From contig NW_003314299.1 in the NCBI RefSeq assembly GCF_000143415.4, positions 808,930-872,929 of the forward strand: DNA of 64,000 nucleotides, read 5' to 3'. The DNA is from Selaginella moellendorffii (Eukaryota > Plantae > Lycopodiophyta). A program made the position numbers and the translations under genes. The notes below the pieces were generated by a model that was given only the letters and a program-made list of their open reading frames with translations, made no database searches and was not told where the DNA came from. This document shows positions 13,882 through 28,406 of this stretch, piece by piece (position 1 is the stretch's first letter; every line of letters begins with the position of its first letter).

Positions 13882-14397
13882 ATGGAGGGAAATGTGGCCT
13901 CGGCGGAGGCCAAGAAAGGAGGAGACAAGGACGGCAAGAAATCGACGCCAAAGATCACGGTGCGTCCATCGGATCAATTGCTTTGGATCGACTGATTTCC
14001 TTTTTTGTGCTTTCCAGGCCAAAGATATAAAGACGTGCCCTCCCGACTCGCGCTTCCCAGTGACCAACCAAACGAAGAATTGCTTCACGAAATACGTGGA
14101 GTATCACAAGTGAGTGGAAAGGATTTTGGAGAGAAGAGATCAAATTTTTCTTCTTCTTGTGTTAGATGCATCCAAGAAAATGGCGAGGGCGATTCGAGAT
14201 GTGAGAAGTACAGGCGAGCTTACAAGTCATTGTGCCCCATCGAATGGGTAAAGAATCCTCTTTTTCCTCTCGAGCCGAGGCGATGAGACTGAAAAACCAA
14301 AAAAAAAAAAAAAAAAACTCGAATGGTGGTGGTGTCAATGCAGGTTGAGGCCTGGGACGAGCGACGAGCAAACGATTGCTTTTGCGGTCCATACTGA
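13882..14397 (+). CDS. COX6B: Cytochrome c oxidase subunit 6b
   Basis: TCPPDSRFPVTNQTKNCFTKYVEYHK|CIQENGE...CEKYRRAYKSLCPIEW|VEAWDERR..GPY; start codon uncertain. Confidence 0.9.
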
Positions 14398-14476
14398 CTT
14401 CTCTCCAACGTTGTCAACGTTTTCTTGCTCAAAACCTTCTTCACATAATGGTACACCGGCACGGATTTCTCTTGGG

Positions 14477-17400
14477 TTAGAACCGGAATGTTGGTTCCGC
14501 TTCCAATGCCCAGGTGAATTTCTGGAGCAAAGATTTCGTGAAAATCTGTCAAGAGTTCCACAGGTCAGTCATTCGTGCGAGCTTTTTTTTTTTTTTTTTT
14601 TTTGTTTTTTGCTACTTGCCTTTTCGATGGGTACGTCGTTCCTCTTGCACCAAGCGACGGTGATTCGTGGGTCTAGATAGTTGATCTTAGAAGTTCCCAG
14701 AGCGACTGTCTTGAGATCATCCTTAACTTTCATGTCCAGTTCCATCTTTTGGATCTTGTTATCGGTTTGCTCTAGCTTCTTCTCCAGCCTGTGTTGTTTC
14801 GATCCAACTTGAGCAAAGAGAGAACGTATGAGCGTTACTTACTGTTCTGGACTTTGGTTCCTCTTTGTCTTGCCATCTTCATCCTTCCGAGGAGGCTTTC
14901 CCTTCCTAGCTCTCTCCAAGTCTATAACAATCTCTTCACGCAGAGCCTGAGGTGCAAAGCCTTAGAACAATGCCACTAGTAAGAAAAGTAACTCAAAACC
15001 TTTAGCTCGGCCATTTTTCCTTCGAGTTTTTCCATCTGGGCGCCATGGCTCTTGGACACCGTCCGTTGGTGATTACAGAGAACAGCCACCTGCAAAGACA
15101 TTCTGTAAAGGGACCAAACGTTTCCTTTGCAAGGCTATTCACCTCTTTGTTTGCTCGTTGGTAGTCTCCAATTTTTTCCGGGACGATTGAACCATCCGTA
15201 TGCTCGAGCTGGCGATTTGCACTTAAAGAACTAGCATGAAAGAAAACACTTCAAGCCAAACCTGGTTATCGAGAGTGATGGAGGCATTATACGTTCTGAA
15301 AACCTTTGCAGTGAGCTCCGGCATGAACTCCTTCAAATGAGCATTCAATTTGTTTGTGTCTAGCCTGTCAAACAAATCATCGCCGCTTTTCTTCCCTGCA
15401 TTCATCAACCAGCAGCGTTTGAAGCGATGCTACCAGAATCACTACCTTTCTGAAAATCCCCTATAGCCTTGAAAACTTTCTCTTCGACAGCTACTTCGTT
15501 GAGATATCTGATGGAATCCTTTCCGAGAAAATCGAACTGCAAAAGAAACAAGGTTAGGAGACGGAATTAAAAAGCGAGAGAAGACCTTACCTCGATTTTT
15601 TTCGAATCCAAAAGTTTGACGTGCTCTACTTTCAAAGAACAGCAGCCTACGGTATCAGCTTCATCGTCATCCTTCTCATTTCCTGCTCTAAGGGCAAGCC
15701 TGTCTATGAGATAAGTTGCAACTGCAATCTGTCTCTTTGTGGGATCTGTAGAGCCGAAGTCTTTCGTATATGTTTTCCGGATCTTGTCAATGTAATCCTA
15801 TAAAAATCGCATGAGTGAAGCGAGGCAAAGCTACAAAAAACACCGAACCTTCAGCTGTCTAGCCTTCTCGTATTTCTTCATGTCACTCTGAGCCTTGAGG
15901 CTACTGCTTGGGTGCAAAAACACGTACTTAAACTCCTTCTCGTTAATCGGATCGTTCCAAAACGCGAGCCAAGTGACTGTATTGTCGTGCCGAATTTCTT
16001 TCCAGCTGAAAAGTAAAGTCCAAGTTAAACTCATAAAGAGCTCGCATAAAAAGCGTCGTACGTACTTGTGACCGGGCATCGGACACTCCGGAACGGGAGC
16101 ACCCTTTCCAATATTGATGACGATATTTTCGGGAAAAATTCGCCTTTTGAGCTTTCCCATCTTAGGATGCTGACCGCGCCCCCTGAAAAGGCCTGGAGGT
16201 TCCACTCGAAAGTTTCCAACCTGAAAATGCAGTGTAAGTAACCATTAGCTCAAACAAAGAAAGAAAAGAGATACACGTACCTTTTCCTTCACCCCGTCAA
16301 CAAGCGCCCAGGTGTATTTTTCTTCCGCCTTGGCCTTCTCATCTCTTAGTTGCTTCTTCTCCTGATAAAAGAAAACAAAACTTCAGCCTAAGCCGAGCAT
16401 ACTACCAGAGAAAACTAACCGCAGAGCTCAGTTGCTTCTTCTTCTCCTTCTCGCTTTGGTACCAGTCGTAAATCGGAGTGAAGTCGCAAAGCTCCAGCTT
16501 CTTTATGACATGGTTTGAACCGAGAATCTTTTTCCAATCTTGCCAGAAGTTGCTGTTAAACTTGGCCTGCGTTGCGTAGTCCGTGTCTTTCATCACGGCA
16601 TACATTGTGGCAACCTGTATCCACAAGAACAAACAATTCAGTCGCTTAAACTCGAAAACAACCAACAAAAGCCCGCAAACCTCTTCCTGTGCCGGAGTAA
16701 GATCCACTGGCTCGCCATTGTAGAGCATCTTCACTCCATGAGGCTGATAAGCCGGAGGAAACATGACACCATTGTGCTCCAGCGTCGTCCACTTCTGTCC
16801 ACCATTACCATCCTTTCCTCCCTTCTTCACGACCGTTTTCTTCGTGATCTTCGTCTCCACCAGTTTCTTCTTGCCGGAAGACGATGCCGACTTCGTCACG
16901 ACAACCTTCTTTGAAACCTCCGAGCCTTCGAAATCATCCTCCTCTTCTTCCTCCTCCTCCTCCTCCTCCATCTCCTCGCTCTCGTCTTTCTCGACTTTGG
17001 CTTTCTTCACGACTGCCTTCTTCGTCTCCGCTTCGTCTAGAACTCGCTTCCTCGTCTTGGAGCCGTCAACTTTCCTGGAGGAGCTCGCGCCTTCCTTCTT
17101 CACGGCCACCTTTGCATTCTTCGACGCATCGATCTTCTTGGGAGCGTCAATCTTCCCAGGCTTCCTCGACGCCTCAATGAGCCTCCTCACGGAAGAGCCA
17201 CCATCGCCATCGTCTACCTCGGTCTTGGCCTTCTTCCTGGGAGCGCTCTCCGGGCTCTCCAGCGATTTAAGCGAGCGCTTTGCGAAAGTTTTCAAGGGAG
17301 CAGGCTTGGTCGCAGTGCCAGGAGAAGGAACTTTGGAGCTGCTGGGCTTGCTGGAAGCCTCCAATCTGGAGGACGATCCATTTGGCTGCTCCTCGTCCTT

Positions 17401-17618
17401 GACTTGGCGCTTAAGATCCATTGCTGGAGCTCCCTTATTCACGCCAAAGGATTGAGGCTTATCATCGTCCGAGTCGTCGTTCACACGATTCGCACTGCCA
17501 TTGCAAGCGAGCGGGGCGGCGATCCCATCCTCCACTTCCCTATCTAGATTTCAATCACAATGAGCGCGATCGCGCGGGCGCCGATTTGAATCGTCTCACC
17601 TGGACACATGGATGCCAT
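14477..17618 (-). CDS. TOP1: DNA topoisomerase I (type IB)
   Basis: [44 protein letters not shown], catalytic [12 protein letters not shown]; lysine/acidic N-terminus; short first exon from ATG 17618. Confidence 0.96.
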
Positions 17619-18358
17619 TTGAATGAATCTCACGCACCCAAAAACCCTAATCGATTCCCCCATATCTAGGGCTTCCAAGGAGATATGGGACCAATGCTTG
17701 CACGCCACGTGTTCCCCTGTTTTTAGGGCAACATTAGGTCTAAAAGCTGGTAAACAAGTATTTTGCGTGAACCATGAGCCGTAACTTTTCTATGCCCTTT
17801 CGGACATGCTTGTCACTAATGGTACACGATTCCGTTTGCCTGTTAGCGCGGATCACATGTTTTCCATTGATACTTTAGGCAGCAAAACAACAAAATCTCT
17901 ACGTAAGATTGCAAAGGTGGAGTGAAGTGGATCACTACATTTTTAATCAAAATACGCAGAAAAAGAATGTAACTTTGGTTTGATTAAGTCCACATGGGAG
18001 TGTCCCCCAAGAAAAAAAAACCAAAATCCACAGAGGCATGCGAGCGATTGAAACCATTCCACGAGTTCCGGAAGAAATATGGGTAGAAAATCCGGAACGT
18101 ACGACTTCTGTGGCACGCTTGCGGAGGAGCACACGAGGGTTTGACATTTTACAGGAGTAAATCTGGAGTTTAACAGTAGGCCAAATTAAAAACATTTTCA
18201 CCAAAGTAAGTAGACTTCGATATAAATGCCCTGGCCTGGGATCCCTGACAAACGCGCAAATTTTTCTCATTCACAACTTCTTAGATCCAAGGAAAGCTTA
18301 TGCCCAGATTATCACTGGCACTTCAAGTCTATCCAACAACAAGAGCAAGAGATCCTTC

Positions 18359-19574
18359 ATGGATGTTGTGAGGAGAACTAGAAGCTCTTCGTCGCCATCT
18401 TTCACCAGCATCACCAATTCCAGCAGCTCTCGCATATCAAGCTGCGATCCTGGTGACTTTTCTTTCCTCGATTACTCCCAGGTTTGCTGCCGCTCTCTCG
18501 ATTTGCTCTCGCCGGACCTCCCACCGCCTCTGGTGGAGGATTCCTCACCGGTAAACTCCCATGGCTACAAGGAATACAGCTCAATTGCTCCCAAGAGCTT
18601 GTACCATCCTCTAGAGTTTAATCAGAGCTTCCAGGCGCAACTAGAGCTCCAGCAAACTTTGATGGGTGATCCCTCGTTTGGCAATTCCTCTCTTCTAACT
18701 CCACTTGATGATCACTCGCAAGATCAAAGAAATCCGGAAGATTTCCATGGACAAGAGCTTGCATACTACTGCCAAGTCGAGCCTCTGGACGAGAAGTATC
18801 TCAGCCTCATGGAACATCCGCCGCTCTACGTGAATTACTTGACTGATGCCAATCGGAGAATGCCGCCGCTCGGATCTTCCCAGGCACTTGATCAACCTGG
18901 GGCTCCGAGGATCATCTCAAACTCAAGCTCAAGCCCAACAAGGAAGAGAAGCGCGGATGATCAAAACACCACGAACGCTTTCTCCAAACGCGAAAAGGTA
19001 CGCACGTCTGGACCGCGGAATCTCGATAAACAACTCATTTTCTTGGTCTATTGAGTGATCAGATAGATTCATCTCCGGCTTCTTCTTGTTGCACGACTGC
19101 TCTCAACACGAACTTAAAACCGAGATCGAGGCAAGGGACTGCCAATGATCCGCAAAGCATCGCCGCAAGGGTGAGAGAGAAGTCTGGAGATCTTAGACCA
19201 GATCAAACTCATGAGCTCGTTTTTCTTTTCTTTTTTCTTTTGATTCTGCAGCAAAGACGTGAACGAATAAGCCAGCGTTTGAAGATCTTGCAAGACTTGG
19301 TTCCAAATGGCTCCAAGGTTTGTGTAAAGAAACTTCGATGATACGAGGAAAATCTTGATAGAAACTTTCTTTGACAAATGCAGGTAGACCTTGTAACCAT
19401 GCTTGAGAAAGCTATAAATTATGTCAAATTCATGCAGCTCCAACTTCAGGCAAGTATAACCTTTTTTCTTTGTTTAACTTTCACTTTATTCAGTTAATTG
19501 AGATTAAATTTCCGGATTTCTAGGTGTTGTCGACTGATGCATATTGGCCTTTACCTAAAGCACGACAATCGTAA
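18359..19574 (+). CDS. RSL1: Class I RSL (RHD6/RSL1-like) bHLH transcription factor
   Basis: [57 protein letters not shown] followed by RSL motif VLSTDAYWP. Confidence 0.88.
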
Positions 19575-19848
19575 CGAGAAGTAGTGTTAATTAAAAATTA
19601 AGAACCAGAGACGTGGGCGAATTCCATAATCAAAAAGAAATTAAAACAAAACTCGATTTGTTCTTCATTGTCTCCAACCAAACAAACAGTGCTGCAAGTT
19701 TAAGATAATCCAAAGAGAATCTCACATAATTGGAAAAATAAAAAGACAATGCAGGAAGTTTAAAATAATCCAAAGAAAACCTCACAGATAATCAAATCTT
19801 TACCACGGACTTTTTCTACACACCCTGGCATGACGAAGAGACGTCGCG

Positions 19849-22170
19849 ATGAGCACGTCCACGATTCAATCCCTGGCGACGCAAATCCAGGAATGCGGCA
19901 ACTGCAGGAACCTCGCGGCCGCCCGGCGCCTCCACGCGCGCGTCGTCGACACCAGCGATCACGCCCACAATCGCTACATCGCCAATCTCCTCATCCAGAT
20001 GTATGGCAAATGTGGCAGCCCTGGCGAGGCCCGCGGCGTCTTCGATCGAATCCCCCCGCACGCCCGCAACGATTTTTCGTGGAACATCATCATCGCGGCG
20101 TATGCCCAAAATGGGCATCTGCGGGAAGCGCAGGATGTCTTCGACTTGATGCCCAGCCGCAATCTCGTCTCGTGCAATTCGATGATACAAGCGCTTTCAA
20201 AACATGGGCACTTAGATCAGGCGAAGAGAGTGTTTGATGGAACGCCGCAGCACGACGTTGTCTCGTGGACAACGTTACTATCAGCATATGCCCAAACTGG
20301 GCATATTTTGATAACGAAGAACATCTTCGACAAAATGCCGGAAAAAAACATCTTCACGTGGACGACGATTGTGCAGTGCTATGCGACATCCGGAAAAGTT
20401 GACGAAGCCAAAGCCGCGTTTGATCAAATGCCGATGTTGGATGTTATGACTTGGAACGCTTTGATCTACGCAAATGCCAAGAAGGGGGATCTTTACTCCG
20501 TGAAGAACATCTTTGTTTCTATGCCGGAGTGGAGCGTCGTGTCGTGGACGTCGATGATCACCGCTCTGGGCGAGTCGGGGCTGATCGTCGACGCTGTCTC
20601 AATCTTTCTCTCGATGGAGGAGAGGAATCTCGTCTCGTGGAACGCGATGCTCCACGCTTGCGCCAGGAACGGCGATCTCGCCATGGCGAGGGCGCTCTTC
20701 GATCGAATGCCCGAGCATGACATCGCGTGCTGGACCGCGCTGATCCAGGCCTACGTCCAGAGCGCTCGTCCCGAGGACGCCAAGATCGCGTTTGATTCTA
20801 TGCCCGCCAGCGACATCGCGGCGTGGAACTTGATCCTCGCGGCGTACGCCCATCGCGGGCGAGTCGAGGAGGCCGAGAGGATCTTTGCTGCCATGCCCGA
20901 GAGGAGCGTGGTCTCGTGGAACAACGTCCTCCAGGCGTGCGTCGCGCGGGGAGATCTCGAGCGCGCGCGTGAGATCTTCGCCGCGATGCCCGAGAGGAAT
21001 GTGGTGTCGTGGACCGCGATGATCCAGGCGAGAGCACTGGCCGGGGAGATGGATCGCGCGAGGGAGCTGTTTGATCGGATGCTGGAGTGGGACGCGGTGG
21101 TGTGGAATGTGATGATCGCGGGGTATGCCGAGGCTGGCGAGATCGATCGCGCGAGGCAGATGTTTGAGGATCTTCCCGAGAAGAGCCAGGTCTCCTGGAA
21201 CACGATTATTGGCGCGTACTCTCGAGTGGGCGATCTGGAATCCGCGAGGGGATTGTTTGAGCGATTGCCCAGCCGATCGATCGACGCTTGCAATGTGATG
21301 ATCACGGCCTACGCCGAGAGGGGCGAGCTGGAGGAATCAAAAGCTCTGTTTGATTCCATGGAAGAGCTCAATGCTGTGAGCTGGACAGCGATGATCACGG
21401 CCTACGCGCGCTTTGGGCACCAGGATCTAGCCAGGATCACGTTTGAGCGCATGGCGGCGCAAAAAACAGCGAGTGGGTCACGCGATTTCCTGGATGAGAT
21501 CCCGGAGCAAGACGTGGTTTCATGCAATGCAATGATCAGCGCGTTTCTCCAGGGAATGGAGCTGATCCAAGCGAAGATGCTGTTCGATCGGATGAGCCGG
21601 AGAGACGTGATCTCGTGGAACGCCATCGTCGCTGGATTTGCCCGGAATGGGCATTTGCTCTACGCGAAGAGACTGTTCGATGCAATGCCGGAGAAGAACT
21701 TGGTTTCGTGGAGCTCTTTGCTCGCAGCGTACGCGCAACTCGGCAATCACAGCGATGGCGTCGCGTTCTACTCGCAGCTGCTCGCGAGCGGAGTAGAGCC
21801 CAACGAAATCTGCGTTGTGAGCCTCCTCGCCGTGTGCGCGCACGCCGGGAACTTGGAGAAAGTGTTGAAACTCTTCGTACGGATGACCCAGGATCATACG
21901 GAAGTGTCTGCCACCAAAGAACACTATGCGATCGCTGTGGACATTCTTGGACGAGCTGGGCAGCTGGAGGTCGCGGAAGAGATCGTGAATTCCATGCCTT
22001 TGGGGGGACCCGACGACACCGTGTGGGGATCACTCCTCTCGGCCAGCCGGTTTCATGTGAAAAATCCCGGCTTTGGCGCACGCGCTGCGAAAGAAGTGAT
22101 GAAGAGCTCTCCGCGAGATTCCTCGGCTTATATCCTGCTCGCTACTGCTCGCTCGATAGCGCAAACTTAG
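19849..22170 (+). CDS. Pentatricopeptide repeat protein (PLS class, many short 31-aa motifs, E-like C-terminus, no DYW)
   Basis: Intronless 773-aa ORF with repeated VVSW..MI.AYA..G....A...FD.MP motifs; ends with HY...VDILGRAG...WGSLLSA...SAYILL. Confidence 0.95.
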   Translation: MSTSTIQSLATQIQECGNCRNLAAARRLHARVVDTSDHAHNRYIANLLIQMYGKCGSPGEARGVFDRIPPHARNDFSWNIIIAAYAQNGHLREAQDVFDLMPSRNLVSCNSMIQALSKHGHLDQAKRVFDGTPQHDVVSWTTLLSAYAQTGHILITKNIFDKMPEKNIFTWTTIVQCYATSGKVDEAKAAFDQMPMLDVMTWNALIYANAKKGDLYSVKNIFVSMPEWSVVSWTSMITALGESGLIVDAVSIFLSMEERNLVSWNAMLHACARNGDLAMARALFDRMPEHDIACWTALIQAYVQSARPEDAKIAFDSMPASDIAAWNLILAAYAHRGRVEEAERIFAAMPERSVVSWNNVLQACVARGDLERAREIFAAMPERNVVSWTAMIQARALAGEMDRARELFDRMLEWDAVVWNVMIAGYAEAGEIDRARQMFEDLPEKSQVSWNTIIGAYSRVGDLESARGLFERLPSRSIDACNVMITAYAERGELEESKALFDSMEELNAVSWTAMITAYARFGHQDLARITFERMAAQKTASGSRDFLDEIPEQDVVSCNAMISAFLQGMELIQAKMLFDRMSRRDVISWNAIVAGFARNGHLLYAKRLFDAMPEKNLVSWSSLLAAYAQLGNHSDGVAFYSQLLASGVEPNEICVVSLLAVCAHAGNLEKVLKLFVRMTQDHTEVSATKEHYAIAVDILGRAGQLEVAEEIVNSMPLGGPDDTVWGSLLSASRFHVKNPGFGARAAKEVMKSSPRDSSAYILLATARSIAQT

Positions 22171-22388
22171 ATCTTCTGGTCCGATGATCGATGACAAGCG
22201 TTGGACACTCCCGTCAAACACTCCACTGCCAGGAATTGGATTGTTGAGTGTGACTTCCACTCACGCGCTCAAAGTGGACGCACCATGATGCATTGCTGTG
22301 CTGCTACCACTGCGTATATCTTTCGTGGTGACAATGCTGGAGTGGAGTGGAGTGGAGTGAGTGCTCGGAAATCATCGGTTTATCCGGC

Positions 22389-23568
<1,180 letters not shown>

Positions 23569-23804
23569 GATATATATAAGTGTTCCAGGTCCACTTGATA
23601 GCAAAGTTCTCTTTTTTATTCTCGTTTCTGGAGTTCTCCTTGTAGCACTGGATTTATCCAAACTTTCCAAATTTTTACAACTCTAGACTCGTTCCAAGTC
23701 GGAGAGTGAGTACCAAGTTGAGAAGGAAGCTTACTTTTATATAGAAGGTAGCGAAGCATTGCAAGAGAAAACCTCTTCTCTTCACCATGGTGATCTCCAA
23801 TCTT

Positions 23805-24974
23805 CTACCAAGTAATCTCTTCGGGATCCAAAGTCACAGACGCGGAAGAAGAGGACGTACCACAACCGTGACCATGGCCATTACCACTGGCGGTTCCCAA
23901 AATCACGTCTTTTTTGCCACCGCCACCATTCCTGGACTCGAGCAGCTCCTTGAGCAAGAACTGCAAGAGCTTGTCCTGGAGTCCCTTGACATCCACCTTG
24001 TCCTGCAAACCTTTCAAGTTGAGCGTCTCGAGAAGATCTGTCACCACAACTCCGGGGCGGAATGGCTGCTGGTTTTGGACAAAACTTTGATGCGAAGGAG
24101 CTGCTACCACTGCCGCTGCCGCTGCTACTTTGGGCGACGATCTCCTCTTCTTCATGCCTTTGTTTACTGCGTAGAAGTCCTTGGGCTCCAGCAGGAGCTC
24201 CGGATCCTTGTCCACGAAATTAAGCTTGGCCTTTTTGCCTTTGATCCTCCGAGCGGCAGCATCATAAGCTAGCGCAGCCTTCTCCGCCGTCGCGAAGGAT
24301 CCCAGCCAGAGTCGGACTCCCTGGTGAGGATCACGAATCTCCGCGGCCCATTTTCCAGAAGGCCGCTGACGAACACCCCGGTAGTGCTTCTTCTTGCAAC
24401 TCTCGAGCGTTTCCATCGTCGTGTCTGGACCGGAGACCACAGTAGCAGCGTTCTTAGAGCCTGCGAAAGAAGAATAAGACCAGCTTTTACCGAAGAAAAA
24501 ACACTACTTACCTCGAGTTTTCGATTCCTCCAGCTTGAACTCGCCACGAGTGAAACTTTTCTCGACCACCATCTCGTCCTCGTTCTGCTGGAGCTCCGCC
24601 ACCACGTCGCTCGTCTCCATGAGCTTCATCTCCGAGATCTGGATGGCATTGTCTCCAACCTCGGAGCTCTCCGAGAGCGGCGGCGAGTCGAGCTTGTCAT
24701 ACTCGGAGGATTCGCTCTGGAGAGCCGGAGAAACATCCTCCTTTTCCTGGACCGAGGCCTCCCAAGCCGACCACGACTTAAAGATCTCATCTGCGGCACT
24801 GTCGTTCTTTAGAACAGCGTCCAAGTCGGGCACTGGAACTTCGTCAATCTCGTAAGCCGGGCCATTGTCAAACTCCCACTCTGGAAACTCCTCGGGGAGC
24901 TTACTCTGTCCCCCATAGTCGGAAGTTGAATATGGAGTGTAGATGTAAGCGTCGGAGGTGATACCACGGCACAT
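23805..24974 (-). CDS. AP2/ERF transcription factor, group VII-like, Met-Cys N-terminus
   Basis: ATG 24974 gives MCRGITSD; one intron (~24462-24510); AP2 domain [28 protein letters not shown]...[14 protein letters not shown]; terminal W. Confidence 0.85.
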
Positions 24975-26369
24975 CCTTGCGTTGCTCCTCCTCAGCAAGC
25001 GTTCTTTCTAGAAACGTTTTAAAGATAGCTCTAACCTCGGTGTTCGCTGCCAGATCGAAACGCGTCACTCCTAATTCTGACACAGATAAACCAGATCTTT
25101 GAGAAGCTTGCCCCTTGTGGATAAGTTCAAAAGCCACGCAAACAAAGAGGTGATAGCTAATCTTAAGGATGATGCAGTGCGAGCACAAACTTTGTGATGA
25201 ATGTTGCAAGCCTCGGAAGATCTTTTGCACATGAAAAGGAAGCAAACAATCTCGTCTTTCTCGAGAGATCTTAACAAGAGAGAGAACAAAGAGAAGCTGT
25301 GACTGACAATAAAGAAATTCATGCAGCAGAGGAAAGTGTAGATGAAAGAGGGCACATTACCGAGGAACAGTGTAGCTCCAAGAAGCTACAAGAGCAAGAG
25401 AAAGAAAGAGAGGTGATGATGCCAAGCCAATATCAAATACCAGGAGGAATCAAAGTGTTCTCGAAAGAGGACAAGGCCTGGGAAAACTTTGGTTGCTTCA
25501 GTACAAGCAAGATAGTATAAACAAAGCACAGAAGAGAGGAGTGACGTAAAACCACCCACGAAGAGCAGGCATGAATCGCTCACCTACAAACCTCACAAAG
25601 GAAGGGGCCAGCCATCGAAGTTCTATGGTAAAAAACCTCTTTTTTTTTCTTCTTCCAGAGAAATCTTCCAGATTTCCTTTGGACTGGTTTGCTGCGGGAG
25701 TGTGGAAGGAACGGTCCAGGCGGGACTGGATTCAAAGCACGGAGATTTGGCAAAACTCTCACGGCTCTTCTGTGCAAAGGACCGACTGATGCGATCGATC
25801 GATGAGACGAATGAATGAATGGATGAATCGAGGAAAGAATGGAATAACACAAACACACAAACACACCTGGAAAGAAGCGTGGAAGCTACAAAGTGTCCAT
25901 GCATCCCGCGTGTTTAAATCCTCTCTTCTCGCGACTCTGCTACAGCGAAAAACAAGCTTGAGTGAGATCTTTCTGACCGGCGATGAACCAAAGACCGACC
26001 ATCCAAAGCAAAATTCAATCTTGGAGGGACCCAACACAGCCCAGATGCGCAGCACCAAAAACCCACGAAGAACTTTCAACGAAGTAGCAAAAACAAGGAA
26101 ATATTGCTCACCGATCTGGCCGTGCTCGCAAATCTCCAACTTGCCCCCTTTTCCAGAACCTCCCGTTCAATGCATCCTTGTCACTCTCATTCTTTAGTTC
26201 TTAGCAGGGAGATTAGGGCAAAATGACAAAAGGTATATTCCCTTTGTCATGCACTCAATCCCCGCCGTCGGTTTCGCGGTGGTTCTTAAAGGTAGGTTCA
26301 AATTTAATCTTCATTTAGGGCTCCTCGAGATATACCTTAGGGCTCCTTGCGGGATTTAGGGTTTTAGCA

Positions 26370-28406
26370 ATGCCGCGGACGTCGACGCTGGAGCCTCCGG
26401 GATGCCCCGCGCAGCTCCGTGCAATCTGCTGCGATGCGCTGGGGTTCGTGAAAGGTCAGCTGCCGATTAGCTAGCTCGCGATTCTCGAGATTTTGATGTT
26501 GGAATCACTTGGCTCCAGTTGTCGAAGCGCGCGGCGAGAATGGGGCAGAGAATGGGCCGCTTGATGTTGTCGCGCGATGGGGCCAGCCTGGCGCTGGAAT
26601 CTCGGCGATTTCCTACTCGAATTCCAGTAATGTATGGCTCTTCTTCGCTCTTATTGTGGCACTTGCTTATTATTTTTTGCTTTGCAGAGGCTAGCAGTGG
26701 CGAGGAAATCCGGAGATGTAAGTCGTGCGTTTCCTTTCGTTGTTTTGTTCTAAGTGGCTTTGTCGCAGATAGAAATCCTCGAGTCCACGGATGGAAGTAT
26801 CTGCGCACAACTAGCCTCTTTAAACTTAGACGCCAAAGAAAGAGAGAATGATGCCATATCCGGTCTCCATCTCTTCAGGGAAGATGGTCCGTGGTAAGTT
26901 TGAACCTTTGCTATAGCTTTGTAGCTATGTAACAAGCTAGAGTTCTCTTACTTTTTCCAGCGGACAATCTGTGTTGAGCTGCAGTAGAAATGGCGACGCA
27001 GCGTTGCGGACTTTTGGCGACGAGGATGCTCCGTCTCCAGTATCGAGATGGAACGTATGCAAATCTGGAGAAGTTCTATCCATGAGGGTTCACAACAGCG
27101 AAAACGTTGCGTCGTTCGGAGGGTATGTTTGCTTTGTGTTTTGCTAGTTTTCCATGCCTCATTCGTTTTGTTGTTAAGTAACCGGGTGGAATTGAGTCTC
27201 TGGGATCTCGAAAGCAGCTCGAAAGTCTGGGAAGCGAAGAAGGTAGTTGAGAGCTTTTTCCTTTTCGATCCTGTTTCTCACAAGCTCGTTTTCGTTGCGA
27301 TCAGCCCAGACCAAACAATATCGGATTGGTATCGCTACCTTATGTCACGGCCTCTACGTTTCTTCTCAGGGATGACCATCGCAAGCTGGTTATCGGGACA
27401 GGAGACTATCAGGTTCGCTGCAAAACCAAAACCAATTTTGTTCCTGACATTAACGCGCATGCACAGGTTCGTTTGTATGACGTCCACGCTCAGAAAAGGC
27501 CTGTTGTAGCAGTAACTTTCAAAGAATCTCCTATCAAAGCTGTAGCTGAAGATCCAGATGGTTTTACGGTCTATGTGGGAAACTCAACCGGTAGTATGGC
27601 CTCGTTTGACATGCGAACTGGTATGTTTGTTCTTGCAGAGATTTACAGAAGGAAAACTCGTTTTCCCATTTGCAGGAAAGCTCCTGTCAGGATTCAAGGG
27701 AAAGCTCGCTGGAAGTGTTCGATGCATTGCAAGGCATCCTTCACTGCCTTTGATTGCGTCTTGCGGTAAGTTTGTTTTACTGGCGAAAGAAGGTGCTGAG
27801 TTTCAAAGTTTGGATAGGCCTGGATCGGTTTCTGAGAATTCATGACATTCGGAGCAGGCAATTACTCGGAAGGGTGAGGCACTCTTTTTTTCCGAAATCA
27901 CTGTTTTTTGCTTAACTTGGTTGTGTAGATTTTTCTGAAACAACCGCTGGTGGCTGTGGTTTTCGATGATCAAGCAAAGACATGTAAGTTCGTCAAAGTT
28001 TCTATGATTCTTTGTGTACTGAAGTTCGGAGTTCTCAGCCGAGGAGCCCCTCCTAACAGCGAGCCAGGAGCAATCGCAAGGCAAGAGGAAGCAGATCGAG
28101 AACGAGGTAGACTACATGGACAAAGAAGACGACGAGTACGAAGAAGAAAAGCCCAGAAAGAAGAAACCAAAGAAGCACAAGAAACCCAAGAGGAAACAAG
28201 CTGGCAAAGATGACGAAGCCACAGATCTCGCGGAAGACGAGTCTCCAGCGAAGAAGCTCAAAGAGCTCAAGAAGCTAAAGCGGAAGCAAAACGGCGAGAC
28301 AAGCGAACCAAAGAAAAAGAAGATCAAAGACACAACCAGCGAGAAACCCAAAGAGAAATCCAACGAGAAATCTACAAACAAGAAGAAGCGAACAAGAGAA
28401 GAGTAG
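26370..28406 (+). CDS. WDR74: WD-repeat protein 74 / Nsa1-like ribosome biogenesis factor
   Basis: MPRTSTLEPPGCP..LRA...DALG.VK; VRLYDV.AQKRPV, FDMRTG, GSVRCIARHP..P.IASCGLDRFLRI; Lys-rich tail ending 28406. Confidence 0.85.
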
